A DNA stretch of 64,000 bases from Mytilus californianus (GCF_021869535.1 NW_026262712.1:78616001-78680000), one strand, 5' to 3'. Positions 38,201 through 49,018 are shown, counted from the first letter of the stretch. The notes: a model not told the origin generated them from the sequence alone. Translations and numbers: made by a program.

Positions 38201-38897
38201 CGGTGAGCTAGGACGTTTTCCACTTGCTATTGATGTAAAATTAAGGATGATATCCTACTGGTCTAAATTAATTATTGGAAAGCAGTCAAAGTATTCTTGT
38301 ATTATTTATAAGCTACTGTACCACTTGTATTGTACTAAAAACATAGATTTTAGATGGTTAATATGTGTTAAAAATATATTTGATGAATGTGGATTTTCTT
38401 ATATCTGGAACACACAGCTCTTTTTAAATGATGTATGGTTGAAATATAATATCAAAGTAAGATTGTGTGATCAATTCAAACAAACATGGAACGAGACTAT
38501 TCAAAACTGTTCCAAAGCCTTGAATTATCGTATTTTTAAGAATTTATTGTGTTTTGAAGAATATTTTAATATTTTAGACGAAAAAGATTTTTTAACATTA
38601 TGTAAATTTAGAATATGTAACCATAAACTTCCAGTCGAACTTGGAAGATGGTACAATATAGAAAGGGAAAAAAGAAAGTGTAATTTATGTAAGCTAGATA
38701 TTGGAGATGAATTCCATTACATTATTAATTGCTCACATTTTAGAGAAGAGAGAAATAAATTTATAAATCGAAATTTTAGTATAAGGCCAAATATTATATT
38801 ATTTACTGAAATTATGTCGTCTACAAATAGGACAGATCTCATAAATTTATGTAAGTTTATACGAATTTTAAACAAGCGAGTGTGTCCTCCTGAATAA
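35274..38897 (+). CDS. LINE ORF2: APE endonuclease, reverse transcriptase and CCHC domain
   Basis: 1207-codon open frame (TTG start; first ATG at 35370). Motifs CLVETK, VGDFNGR, SDVHCP, FIDFEKAFD, GVRQGENMSP, YADD, YLG and C-x2-C-x8-H-x4-C. Confidence 0.95.
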   Translation: MNVNKTKLKSKIDEVAQTENIDNQNVIDKNVNMTTDSFHDTNASFDTENLDMSNSGFKSTYPDMLNILSLNCCGIIKKLQYPEFETLLRNHDIICLVETKLDDRDEIKLPGYILKFKNRKQIAKVKSGGILLGYKQKYEHFIEVIDTGSKFVFWFKISSKLMNTDTDAVFGIVYIPPEYTSYASWDAFSQIENEFLDLSSRYKFVSLVGDFNGRTASEKDFLIFDSHDPSNNFSDLIENSVSILDFLDIPRERKNRDIGKNRYGSLLLDFCKGNNCFILNGRINGDKEGNLTCRNASVVDYCISNVNFINRFCTLEVVDFSKLFSDVHCPLSISVYATNVDECEVPDYIEESVERIRKWDSDKLIEFQQNINQGKIKDLLYNLKEPRVDVNVNIHVEKLCEILIESAKATFGISHSKNGKTRQKSFMNKPWFNRECTFARQNYRKFRRKFKKNRTTVNRSNLAGSENIYKKTLDKNHRLYRQNLSKKLKELRTKNSRDYWKVLNQGKRKKQPDIPIEKLFDFFMDLNASPTDDNGVDLPPLDEDQVNHLNYDLNLYIEKGEILKCIKNLKNDKSGGEDAVINEYIKATSNQLIDIYEKLFNLIFDTGFVPESWLVGNIIPIFKNKGDRNNPKNFRPITIVSCLGKLFTAVLTARLNKYSDDFLILHETQCGFRQGYSTMDNLFILHSLFELLKKRKKKLYCAFIDFEKAFDKIWRDGLWHKLLLNNVNGKMLNVIQNMYKNIKSNIIFNNSKSDYFPCNNGVRQGENMSPFLFAVFLNDLEIFLQTKNCKGLFTVTEEIEHELDVFLNIILLLYADDTVLMAETPQDLQIQLDFFNEYCNYWKLKVNVFKTKILCFSYGRLPDNLHFVLDDQEIEIVQEFSYLGILLTKTGNHKKAIKSQVEKGTKAMYEILKRGKFHSLSVSCQLDLFDRVVKPVLLYGSEIWGFSNCDIIEKVHLKFCKLLLNLKSSTPNCMIYGELGRFPLAIDVKLRMISYWSKLIIGKQSKYSCIIYKLLYHLYCTKNIDFRWLICVKNIFDECGFSYIWNTQLFLNDVWLKYNIKVRLCDQFKQTWNETIQNCSKALNYRIFKNLLCFEEYFNILDEKDFLTLCKFRICNHKLPVELGRWYNIEREKRKCNLCKLDIGDEFHYIINCSHFREERNKFINRNFSIRPNIILFTEIMSSTNRTDLINLCKFIRILNKRVCPPE

Positions 38898-39680
38898 TTT
38901 CTTTTTGTCTTTGTTGTTGTTGTATATATTGTATATTTATGTTTATGTATCTAATGTATTGTATTACATGCATGTCTTCTCTGTACCTATGTATTTGGTG
39001 ATGAGAATAAAAGATATATAAGTTTACTGGTGCAGTAAAATTGATACCGTGAATTTTATTATGAAAATATTAATAACTTCAAATTACTATAAAATTAAAC
39101 AATACCAAAGCAATGCAAAAAAAGAAAGAAATAACCTAAATCTTTAGCTTTCCAAAACTTTGATTACTTGGTCAGCGGTTGGGGAGAATAGTTATTTCCA
39201 ATACATGTATTCCGAAAAAAAACAGGAATTTAATTTTTAACATATTAAAAACTTTTAAGGGCATTATTTTTGAACATTTCCCTGACATAATGAAACAGTA
39301 TTTGATGTAAAAAGCCGGACCAAATTATTGGCTGTGAAATAAAATTTAGTTGTAACTCAAATGTATTAATTGATTTAAACTGTAAATAAAAAAAGGATAA
39401 TTCCTCACTAAAATATTACATGATTTACATTCATACTCACAATCAGGAAACATACAATTCCTACCTTTTCTTTCTACTGTTGTGTCACCTAATATCTATA
39501 ACGCATTTAAAAAAAAAAATATTTCCCAAATGATAAGAAAGTCCTCACATCACTAAAACTTATCCATAAATGACATGCCGAAAAAGGAATTCATGCATCA
39601 ATTATAAACATTGCACTGACAATGAAACTAATTCTTGAATAGATCATTTGAGCCTTGAGCACTTTACAAATTTCTAAGTT

Positions 39681-39769
39681 TGTAAGAGAATGATAATCCC
39701 TTACTTCATGATAAGTACTCGCTAACGCTCGTACTAATTCATGAAGAAAGGGATTATCATTCTCTTACA
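39681..39769. mobile_element. Long foldback (about 38-bp arms), probable non-autonomous DNA element
   Basis: TGTAAGAGAATGATAATCCCTT.CTTCATGA..AGTAC arm and its reverse complement around the core TCGCTAACGCTC. Confidence 0.6.
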
Positions 39770-39784
39770 TATACTAAGTACATT

Positions 39785-42175
39785 TTAGCCAGGAGCACAT
39801 ATACCTGTGTTGATAATCTTTATAAATTTACTAAGTTTAATCAGTTCTGATTTGTGTTTTGAAGACATAATCTGCTTGTATTTAACAGTATTTGCATTTT
39901 TAAAATAATAATGTGACATACAATGTTTCCTGTTTTCTTCAAAGTATTTGCATTCTAATATGTAATGAAATTCATCACCAATGTCAATTTTACTACATAG
40001 AAGACACAGTCTATTATTTCTAACTATATTATTCCATCTACCCTGTTCAATAGGGAGCTTGTGATTTGTGGTCCTAAATCTACAAAAATCAATAGACAGT
40101 TTGTTCCCAAGAATTTCAAAATAATCTTCTTTTCCAAAAAAATCTTTAAAAAGTTTATAATTAAGTGCTTTTGGTGAGTTTTCAAGCAAAGAATGCCAGA
40201 CTTGTACAAACTGATCTTTAAGTCTGAGCTTGATGAATGAAACTAACCATTTACAATTCATAAAAGATGGCGTTTCCAACATATTGGGGATACCACATTC
40301 ATTTAAAATAGTCTTTACTCTGTTTAACCATGAAAAATGCACATTGTCATTAATAGACATGTGATAACACAATTTATATAAAGTATATGATAGTTTTGTC
40401 TCTTTACCAGAATTTAATTTCCTCCAAAATGAGATCAATCTAGTTTTTATGTCCAAGTCTATAGGATATCTTCCAAGCTCCCCATAAATCATGTAAGAGG
40501 GTGTTGATGTTTTCAGACATAATAATAATTTACAAAATTTTAGTTGTACCCTTTCAATTATCTCATTATTTCCAATACCCCATACTTCACAACCGTACAG
40601 TAATATTGGTTTCACCATTTTATCAAATAAGTCCAACTTACTACATATAGAGAGATTATGTAGACGACCTAGTCTTAACACTTCGTAAAGAGCCTTAGTA
40701 GCCTTTTCTACATTAAATTGCTTCGTTTTATTAAAATTACCTGTTCTTGTTGAAATTATGCCCAAATAATTTAATTTTGGATGTAACGTGTCTTCTGATT
40801 GGCTGACGTTGTTTTGTTTATCAGCTCATAGACATAATTTTGTCATGTGACCGTGACGTCATCAACGTTTTTTCATGGTTTAGTACGATTTAAAATGGAA
40901 TTTAGAATTAAATTATAAGAAATAACTGTATATTTTTTCTGTCTATTCGAAATAATATAAAAAATGTGGTGCACACTTTAAAATAACCCGCTACGCGGGT
41001 TATTCAGTGTGCACCACATTTTTGATGTTATTTCTTCATAGACAGAAAAAATTATACAGTCATTCCTTAAATAGTTAAATTCATCAACGATATCCAGTTT
41101 TTTTTCATTATAGAAAAATTGAAAATTACATGATGGTCGTCTCCTTGTAAAAACCACGACCTTTGTTTTATCAACATTTACTTTTAGCCTCCATATATCT
41201 GTGTAATCTAGAAAACAATCTAATAGTTTTTGGAGTTCAGTTGCGGATTCGGCCATCAACACAGTATCATCAGCATACAGAATAATAAAAAGTTTTAAAA
41301 ATGTGTCAAGTTTTTTTTTCAAGCTCTGTTGAGACTGATTTTAGGCCCTCTAAATTACAGGTTTGCAAAAATGAATCAAGATCATTCAAAAATAGAGAAA
41401 AAAGAAAAGGCGATAAATTTTCGCCTTGTCTAACCCCGTTATTACATGGGAAAAAATCAGACATGGAATTGTTATATGAAATACATGACTTAGTACCTTG
41501 ATACATATTTACAATAACATTATACATACATCCATTCATATTATTCAAAAGCATTTTATACCACAGTGCGTCTCGCCAAATCGTGTCAAACGCTTTTTCA
41601 AAGTCGACAAATGCACAAAATATTTTTTTCTTTTAAAATTTTAAAATTTCAAACAATGAATGAATTACAAATAAATTATCAATTGTTGAATAACCCTTTC
41701 TAAACCACATTGGTTTTCGTTTAAAATCACAAATTCCTCAGAGAAAAGATTCAGTCGCTCGCATAAAAGTTGCGTTAAAAAGTTTCCCCATACAACTCAA
41801 AATGGTAATAGGTCTAACATTTTTGGGGTCCAACTTGCTACCTTTATTTTTTTAAACAGGCTTAATGTAACCAATTAACCAACTATCAGGAATAATACCA
41901 GTGCGAAATATAACGTTAAATAATTTTTCGTATAATTCAATGAATAAGCCAGATGTCGACTTGATATATTCATTTATTATATGATCATCCCCAAATGCTT
42001 TATCTGTTTTTTATGCCCTTAAGAATTTCGTCTTTTGAAATTATCTTGTTTAAATTTTCATTAAGCCTGTCAGTATCATTCGGGTTTAGAGTTGGAATAT
42101 TTGTATTTTCTTCATCATCTGGCGCGGCGTTCAAGTTTTTGAAAAAATCGAACAATTTAGTAAATTCACTATTTG
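39785..42175 (-). mobile_element. 5'-truncated, disrupted RTE/RTE-X-like LINE (LINE-C)
   Basis: Minus-strand fragments GVRQGENLSP, YADD, PILLYGCEVWG, YGELGRYP and CLLC...GDEFHYILEC. Frameshifts plus a 305-bp insertion. Confidence 0.9.
40769..41073. mobile_element. 305-bp foldback-bearing element inserted into LINE-C
   Basis: Splits the RT codons EFNYL|G. AAATA direct repeat at 40764-40768 and 41069-41073. No TIRs. About 150-bp internal inverted repeat centred on CCCGC-TAC-GCGGG. Confidence 0.8.
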
Positions 42176-42439
42176 ACATTCAATCAACAAGGGTGCTAAT
42201 CAAATTAATTACAAATATAGTATATATTTTTTTTCTTCAAATTAACAAAAAAAGGAATACGCTGAAATGTCTAGTCTGCTTTACTGATAGGGATTGAATT
42301 CATGTTGAAAGTCCGCAAGATAAAAGTTTAAATACAAGTTTCATATACACTTTACATAATCAATGATCCATGAAAATGACATCAAGGTGAAATGAAACCT
42401 GAAAGTCAAAATAAAAAAAAATCAAGTTATTAATTTCAT

Positions 42440-42482
42440 GCATCCGAAGCGCTCTTCAGGATTTATCTTCATCAGGAACGTT
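42440..42482 (-). ncRNA. Minimal type I hammerhead-ribozyme-like motif with one core substitution
   Basis: Minus strand reads ACGUUC CUGAUGA AGAUAAAUCCU GAAG A GCGC U UC GGAUGC. Helix I pairs on both sides, the CUGAUGA core is intact, GAAA reads GAAG, and helix III has a palindromic GCGC loop. It sits in a repeat-like stretch of about 42405-42595. Confidence 0.55.
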
Positions 42483-43849
42483 TAAAGCCGAACATTTAAA
42501 AGCCGAGGATGTATGAGAACCGAAACAGTTGAAGAGCTATATATCAAAAAGGACCTAAAAATATAGCCAAATTCATCTAAGGTCGACTTTGTCTGTACAA
42601 CTTTGCCTGTACAACTTAACAATAGATCATTCCAACAATAAAAAATAGTTGACCTGTATTATAGTATCTAAGAAAGAAATGGACTTAAACAATTAGAAAA
42701 AGGTCAAAGTAAGACAAACAGAATTACAGCATTTTATTTTTTAAAAGGGCCTCCATCAAAACGAATATCAGCCCGACCTGTTCAAGTCAGTATGAAAACA
42801 ACAAAATTTTTCAATAAATTTAAGCGCCATCAACCAATAACCAATTCACCATTTATTTTTTTTTACAAAAAGACCAATGTAAATTCCGAAATTTACATTA
42901 GTCATTATGTTGTTGAAAAGTGATAAACTAACATAAAACAACAATTAAATCAGCTGTTCCCAAAACAATATTTTCTATTTCTAAACCTATAAATTATGTG
43001 AGGTGTTAGTGATCCTCAGAATTGAAAAAATCTCATTGAACAGTTTAGGTTTACTAATAAACAATGCTTAATGTTTTATGTTTCAACAAAAGATCACAAA
43101 GAGATTAAGAAAAGTTCCTTAATGTGTCCTAAGGTATCTCTTAACTGCGTTATAATCAATAACAAAACAGTTCATGAACTGCGAATGTTCATTTTCAATA
43201 ATATGTTAAATGTACTTGATGTTTGTAATGAAGTGATTGAAATAAGCCCTGTAGTCAATAAGAAAACTGGTCTACATTAATATGAAAATTCTTAAAAAAA
43301 ATCATATTAAATTTAATTGTCTCCATACACTTCATAACAATGATATCATATTAACCTACATATTAACCTACATATATATATTTTAAAATCCTTTTAAATC
43401 ATTCATGATATATAATAATTTTATATATAGATCGAGGTAAATCTTTTGACGTTATAATTATGAAAATTAACTTTTGGAATGACTTTTCAATATTCATTCC
43501 TAACTTAACTGAGTGTATAAGTTCTAGAAGGCATGTTTCAAATCATTTCACCGTCATAGCAGGAAGGTTGAAAGTTTTAAACCAAAAAAATCGAAAAGAC
43601 AAAGTTTGCGAAATTATGCAAAATATGGGTAAATTGAAATTTTTGGAAATTTTTGGAAATTATTCAAAGTTCGAACAAAAATTGCAACATTAACCAAAAA
43701 TTGGCGAAATAACGCAAGTGTATTCAAAACATTGACCAAGGGGCGCTAGCATAAGCTTACGTAAAATGTTGATCAGTGACCACTACATAATATATTTTTA
43801 TCTATTGATTATTTGTCTATGACCGTCGAATATTTTATTTTAATAGCTA

Positions 43850-44300
43850 TATAACAATAACATTTATTATACTTCACGTAAAAATGCAATATTTTGGTTG
43901 GCTTATACGAGGGTGTTAATTTCCTCTATTCTATGGTAAATACTCTATTACCCTTCACGGAGACGCTTGATGAAGTGTGCGCTTTATTAAATACGACTCT
44001 GTCTAATGGCAAATACTCTATTACCCTTCACGGAGACGCTTGATCAAATGTGCGCTTTATTAAATACGGATGGTTGTTATGTACAAGACGTCACAGTTTA
44101 TTACTTTGAATTTGAAATTTAATCGGCAATAATAACAGAACATTCAGTATAATAAATTAAATAACACATATCTGAGAGGATGATAGAGCAGATTGTTACC
44201 CTCGAAAAGACATTGTCAACCTTGGCTTCGCCTCAGTTGACAATGTTTTCTCGGGGTAACAATCTGCTCTATCACCCTCTCAGCTATGTATTATTTATAT
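43850..44300. mobile_element. Non-autonomous foldback element with an internal 73-bp tandem duplication
   Basis: AAATACTCTATTACCCTTCACGGAGACGCTTGAT occurs twice, 73 bp apart. Inverted repeat with about 60-bp arms at about 44162-44298, centred on GGC-TTC-GCC. Confidence 0.65.
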
Positions 44301-44435
44301 AAAGTTTCCTTCCGTAGGCATATGTATATTTAAACTCAAGCAGTTTATGTACAATCCTGAAATTCAACCTACCTATGCATAGTAACATTGTAAATCATTC
44401 ATATGTTACTAATGTGTATTGGTGAATTTTATAAA

Positions 44436-44565
44436 CATAGAGGATATGACAAATTAATGATGATTAGATGCATCATGATTATATGTATGATATATTTCAT
44501 AGAGGATATGGCAAATTAGTGATGACTAGGTACATCATGATTTTATATATGATATATATTTCATA
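44436..44565. repeat. Two-copy 62-bp tandem repeat
   Basis: CATAGAGGATATG at 44436 and 44498. Confidence 0.8.
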
Positions 44566-44654
44566 AACGATTACAACATTAACGATATCAATTTTACTGA
44601 TTATACTGACAAATTATATATCTTATTTGACATTAAAATACCAGACAAAGAAGG

Positions 44655-45746
44655 ATGTGTGAAATTAAACAGGGTTCAAATTTTACAAACATCTCGATAT
44701 CAAATTCGAACGGAATACATATCAATGAAGGAAAACAGATTCTCGTTACGTATTTAGCAATTCTATCGTCAACCGGAAGCTTAGGAAACTGTTTACTGTT
44801 CGGATACATTGTGAAGAAAAAGCGATCTACGCACCGAATACTGCTACTAGGACTGGCAGCTTTTGATTTACTTGTCTGTGGTGTTACAGTACCGTTTGAA
44901 ATATTTGATTTGGAATACCAGTACAATTTTTATTCGGATGCGGCATGTAAACTATTTCGATCTTTGAATTATCTGTTTATATGTACTTCAGTACTAATGT
45001 TAATGTCAATATCTCTTGATCGGTTCTTACGAACTTGTAAACCACTGTGTAGACAAATAAGTACAAAAATTGCTAAACACATAGCAGTGATTAATGTTTG
45101 TGTTTCTATAGTGTTCTCGTGGCCAAACTTATTCTTTTATGGCGTTCGTATCTCAGCTTCAGCAAACAACTTTACTGCGTTTGACTGCACAACTGCTAAA
45201 AAATTTGAAGTAACTGTCTATACACGAGTTTACAGCGTGATTTTGGGAGTCCTCTTTCTCAGCTTCTTTGTCATTTTAATTCTGTGTTATTCTAGGATTG
45301 GAGTTCATGTGTTTTCTCACATAAAATACAGGAACTATTTCATAAATATGCAGAAAAAAGAGAACAAACAAAACAATCAACCAGGATCTATTTTAGGCAT
45401 CCGATCAAATCATATAATTTCAAGCAAAATCACAAAAATATCGTGCATCATAAGTCTAGTTTTTGTGCTAAGTTATTCGCCAATCCTTACATTAAGTATT
45501 TTAGAAGCTTTGCTAGGGAGATGTACTATTCAACAATATTTTGTTAATGCATTTATCTTGAAAATAGTGGAGCGGTTTTATATTTTGAACCACATGGCCA
45601 ATCCTTTTATATACGTATTTGTCGATAAAAAATTCAGGAAAATGGTTAAAAATATTATTCTGTTTAACTGTTGTAAAACATTCAAACAATCATCAGGAAA
45701 TAATGAGGATAAGCATTGTTTTAATATGGAGAGGGTACATGTATAA
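44655..45746 (+). CDS. Intronless class A GPCR, more distant paralog (GPCR3)
   Basis: 363 aa with seven TM segments. Motifs GSLGN, THRILLLGLAAFDLLVC..VPFEI, DRF, SYSP, NPFIY. N-terminal NFT and NIS sequons. Confidence 0.92.
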   Translation: MCEIKQGSNFTNISISNSNGIHINEGKQILVTYLAILSSTGSLGNCLLFGYIVKKKRSTHRILLLGLAAFDLLVCGVTVPFEIFDLEYQYNFYSDAACKLFRSLNYLFICTSVLMLMSISLDRFLRTCKPLCRQISTKIAKHIAVINVCVSIVFSWPNLFFYGVRISASANNFTAFDCTTAKKFEVTVYTRVYSVILGVLFLSFFVILILCYSRIGVHVFSHIKYRNYFINMQKKENKQNNQPGSILGIRSNHIISSKITKISCIISLVFVLSYSPILTLSILEALLGRCTIQQYFVNAFILKIVERFYILNHMANPFIYVFVDKKFRKMVKNIILFNCCKTFKQSSGNNEDKHCFNMERVHV

Positions 45747-48049
45747 CATCCCATGAGCATGTGACTACGAATTTACGTTCATTTTGGGATGTGACACTTC
45801 CTTATGTTTTGTCCGATGTTTCTATTGAAATGTTTAAAAACAGATTTTCAGCGTAAAAAAAAAACAAACTGTAAGTTAAATAACTTTCTCCGTATAGGTT
45901 TCAGTTAGGTTTTGCATTTGTTTTATATGTAGCAACAGATTGTCTTTCATGTCGTTACGGTTCATGTATTTTTGTCCTAATTTAATCCCAAATAATGAAA
46001 TTAGAAAATACCATTCAAATATGATAAATAAAATTCTCCTGGTCCGATGTCAGTTCTACTATGAAAATTACCCTTTAGGATACTGTATGATATTGTGTGT
46101 TTAATTGTAAAGTAAAAGTACTTTCTCGTATTTCTATTGAAAATTAATACTCATCATTTTTGGGAAACAGATTGAAATAAATCATGATGCTTGCTTCTGT
46201 ATCCTGGACTTCTGTTGATAATATTATGTATAACTTAACAAGCATGCTTTTTTTTTATTGAATAGACAATTGGTTAAACCAAAGCAGTATTACATTGACT
46301 TAGTTTGATAATGGGATTGATAACATTTCTTCTTTGTTTCAGATATTAGAGGTAATATTTGTGACATTTGCAAAATTGCAAAATGAGTATTTACAGAGAT
46401 AATATGAATCAAGTTCCGGTTAATATACTTTTGACCTACATACTATTTGATTTAGATAATTTCAAGAGACGACAGACTGTTCTACTTGGTTTTCAACCCT
46501 CATAACACATACTGATTCTTCATTACTTATCTTATTTGAATTTGAAGATTGTTCGTAAGGGTCGGTTTGAATAACCAAATCATGACCTCATTTTAGGTTA
46601 TGCAATCAGCCTTTTCTAAATGAGGTTCAATAAAGTGATTTTTCATTTCTGATTAGAACTCAAATGGTTCCAAATCAATTAATGCTTCAATTGAGTTTTT
46701 CAGTAATATTATTCGCAGAATGTCCCTCAAAACTTATATACAGACGCCTGCCAATTTGTGTAATCGTTTTCAAAAGATTTCATTTCAGTTTTTTGATCGA
46801 ATGGTTAAATATGACGTCTGATTTTCATATCACAGCTTTTTTTGGTTTTCTACGTCTAAGAAGCATCTCCATGCCGACAAAGTTGGGCTCCAACTTCTCT
46901 ATATTTCTTTTATGGAAAATTTCCGCATTTTGTTACCTATACAACTACAAAAAAGGCATGGTCATTTGTATGAATCAGCCCAATTTAATGCATGACAGGC
47001 TCTGAAATAGTATGCATCATATCTTTCTGAACAATAAAAACCAAACCAAGATTGGAATATGAGGCTAACATAAAGCCTTTTGATTGAATTAATCGTATAA
47101 AAAAGAAATTGTTTATTACAATGCACTTGCTATCTACAGTAACGACTTATGGCAGATTTAGGTTTTTACTGATATAAAAGTAACATTTTCGTACATGTAT
47201 TAAATTGTCTAAATGTTCGAACTGAACAAGACACAAACATATGATGGGATGAACATGGTTTTAAGATAGGTTTAAACCTACTGTAGTGCTACCAAATAGC
47301 AATTGTAATTGTTCACATCAATGAATATATAGAAATAAAGATTTGTGGCATATATCGCCTTCTTTTGATAAGAAGTCTTTGTATACACGTAACGGAAATG
47401 TGAAAGTTAAAAGCAACAAGATCAAATAAAAAAAAAAACCTCTTGGGAACCTTCTTGGAATGTGTCGACCCTCTACGGTTTTATGTGCAGTAAGTTCAGT
47501 GGTAATCGAATAGGATGAAAGTAATTTAATGGGAAATGTTTGCACTGTGCGACTATCTATAAGCCTATCTTTTTTCTACATCCTGTAGTCTCATGGTACA
47601 AACTGAAAATTCCCACCTACTTTACTTATCATGATTAAATTGATTTTGGAACATTAAGTAAAGGTTTCACTACGAACGTCACATAAACTCAACATTGTCA
47701 ATGATCCATGTAAATGATATCAAGGGTAGATGAACCCAACAAGACGGACATGTAGATATAACGATTATTATAGTTAACCTATTGCTTAAAGTATCTGAGA
47801 AACAGACCTTACCTTGAAAACGTAACACTGCCCAATGAACTACTAAAATGAGGTGAAGGTGAGATAACCCAGCCAAACAGACAGGTTCGCCATATTATCA
47901 TTTTAATATCAAATAAAGTTGAAATTTTGCTTATAGTATCCGAGAAACAGACCTAATCGTAAAAAAATAACGTTGATTAAAGAATCACGATAATGAGCTA
48001 AAAATTAGAAAACCCTTCCATACAGATATATAGACAATACAATCATTAA

Positions 48050-48840
48050 TGAGTGATGAAGACAAACCGCGCGTCTGGCGTGCACAATTATAAGCCTGTG
48101 ATCTCAATTTTTACAACTATTTGGTCGATGCAACTGCTGGTGGTTTCGTACCCGAGGGTATCCCCATCCTGGTATTTAACCATTTTGTGTTTACATGAAA
48201 TATCATTGATATGTTCCTTTTCTGTCAATTTTCTCTTTAGAAAATGTTGAAATATTCGAAAAAGTAAGGTTTATGTACCCCAAGAAATAGATTTGCCTTG
48301 TTCGTATTTGGCACACTTTTTTCTGAATTTTTGGTTTTTGATGGTCTTAAGCTTCATCTTCGATTTGTCCTTCACATTTGTTGATTAGAACACCACTGAT
48401 AATTCTTATGTAAACGAAACGTGTGTCTGGCGAACCAAATAATTAGCATGGGATCTTTGATGAGTTTTTATAATCACTGGGTCAATGTCACTGCTGGTTG
48501 ATGTTTGACAAAAATTGTTCCCGAGAGTATCTCTAGTACAGTAGTCAGCACTTTAGAGTTGGCATGAAATATCATTGATATGTTCGCCACTGTTAATTTT
48601 CTATTATTTATTATTTATAAAAAGTTCAAAGATTCAAAACAGTAAGGCTGTTCAACACTGGAAATCTATTGCCTAAGCTGTATTTGGCACAATTTTTCAG
48701 GATTTTCAATTTTTAATGCTTTCCAACTTCATTTTCAATTTAGCCTTTCAGCTTTTTGATACGTACACAAAGGCTGGGTCATGTAGACGAAACGCGCGTC
48801 TGGCGAACCAAATTATCAGTTTTAGATCTTTGAAGAGTTT
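48050..48840 (+). ncRNA. Degenerate tandem retrozyme-like array (about 2.2 units) with hammerhead remnants
   Basis: GTCTGGCG anchors at 48073, 48425 and 48798 (periods 352 and 373 bp). Copies 2 and 3 keep GAAAC-G(C/T)G(C/T)-GTC-TGGCG. Copy 2 has CTGATAA in place of CTGATGA. Confidence 0.7.
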
Positions 48841-49018
48841 TTGTTCTTATATGAAACAAGATTATTGCTTATAGCTTTGAAAGAAACAAACTTAATCCTA
48901 AAAAAATAACGTTTACCAATGAACCATGATAAAGCTGAAAATGTAAGATAATCCTGTCAGACACACATGTAGGCCAAACAATCATTAATGCGTCAAATAT
49001 AGTTGACATATTGCTATA

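Larger units (their letters stand above)
33850..39020 (+). mobile_element. Apparently full-length RTE/RTE-X-like LINE (LINE-B); 5' boundary uncertain
   Basis: Two uninterrupted ORFs and a short 3'UTR with stem-loop, AATAAA and GATATATA tail. No TSD identified by eye. Confidence 0.88.
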
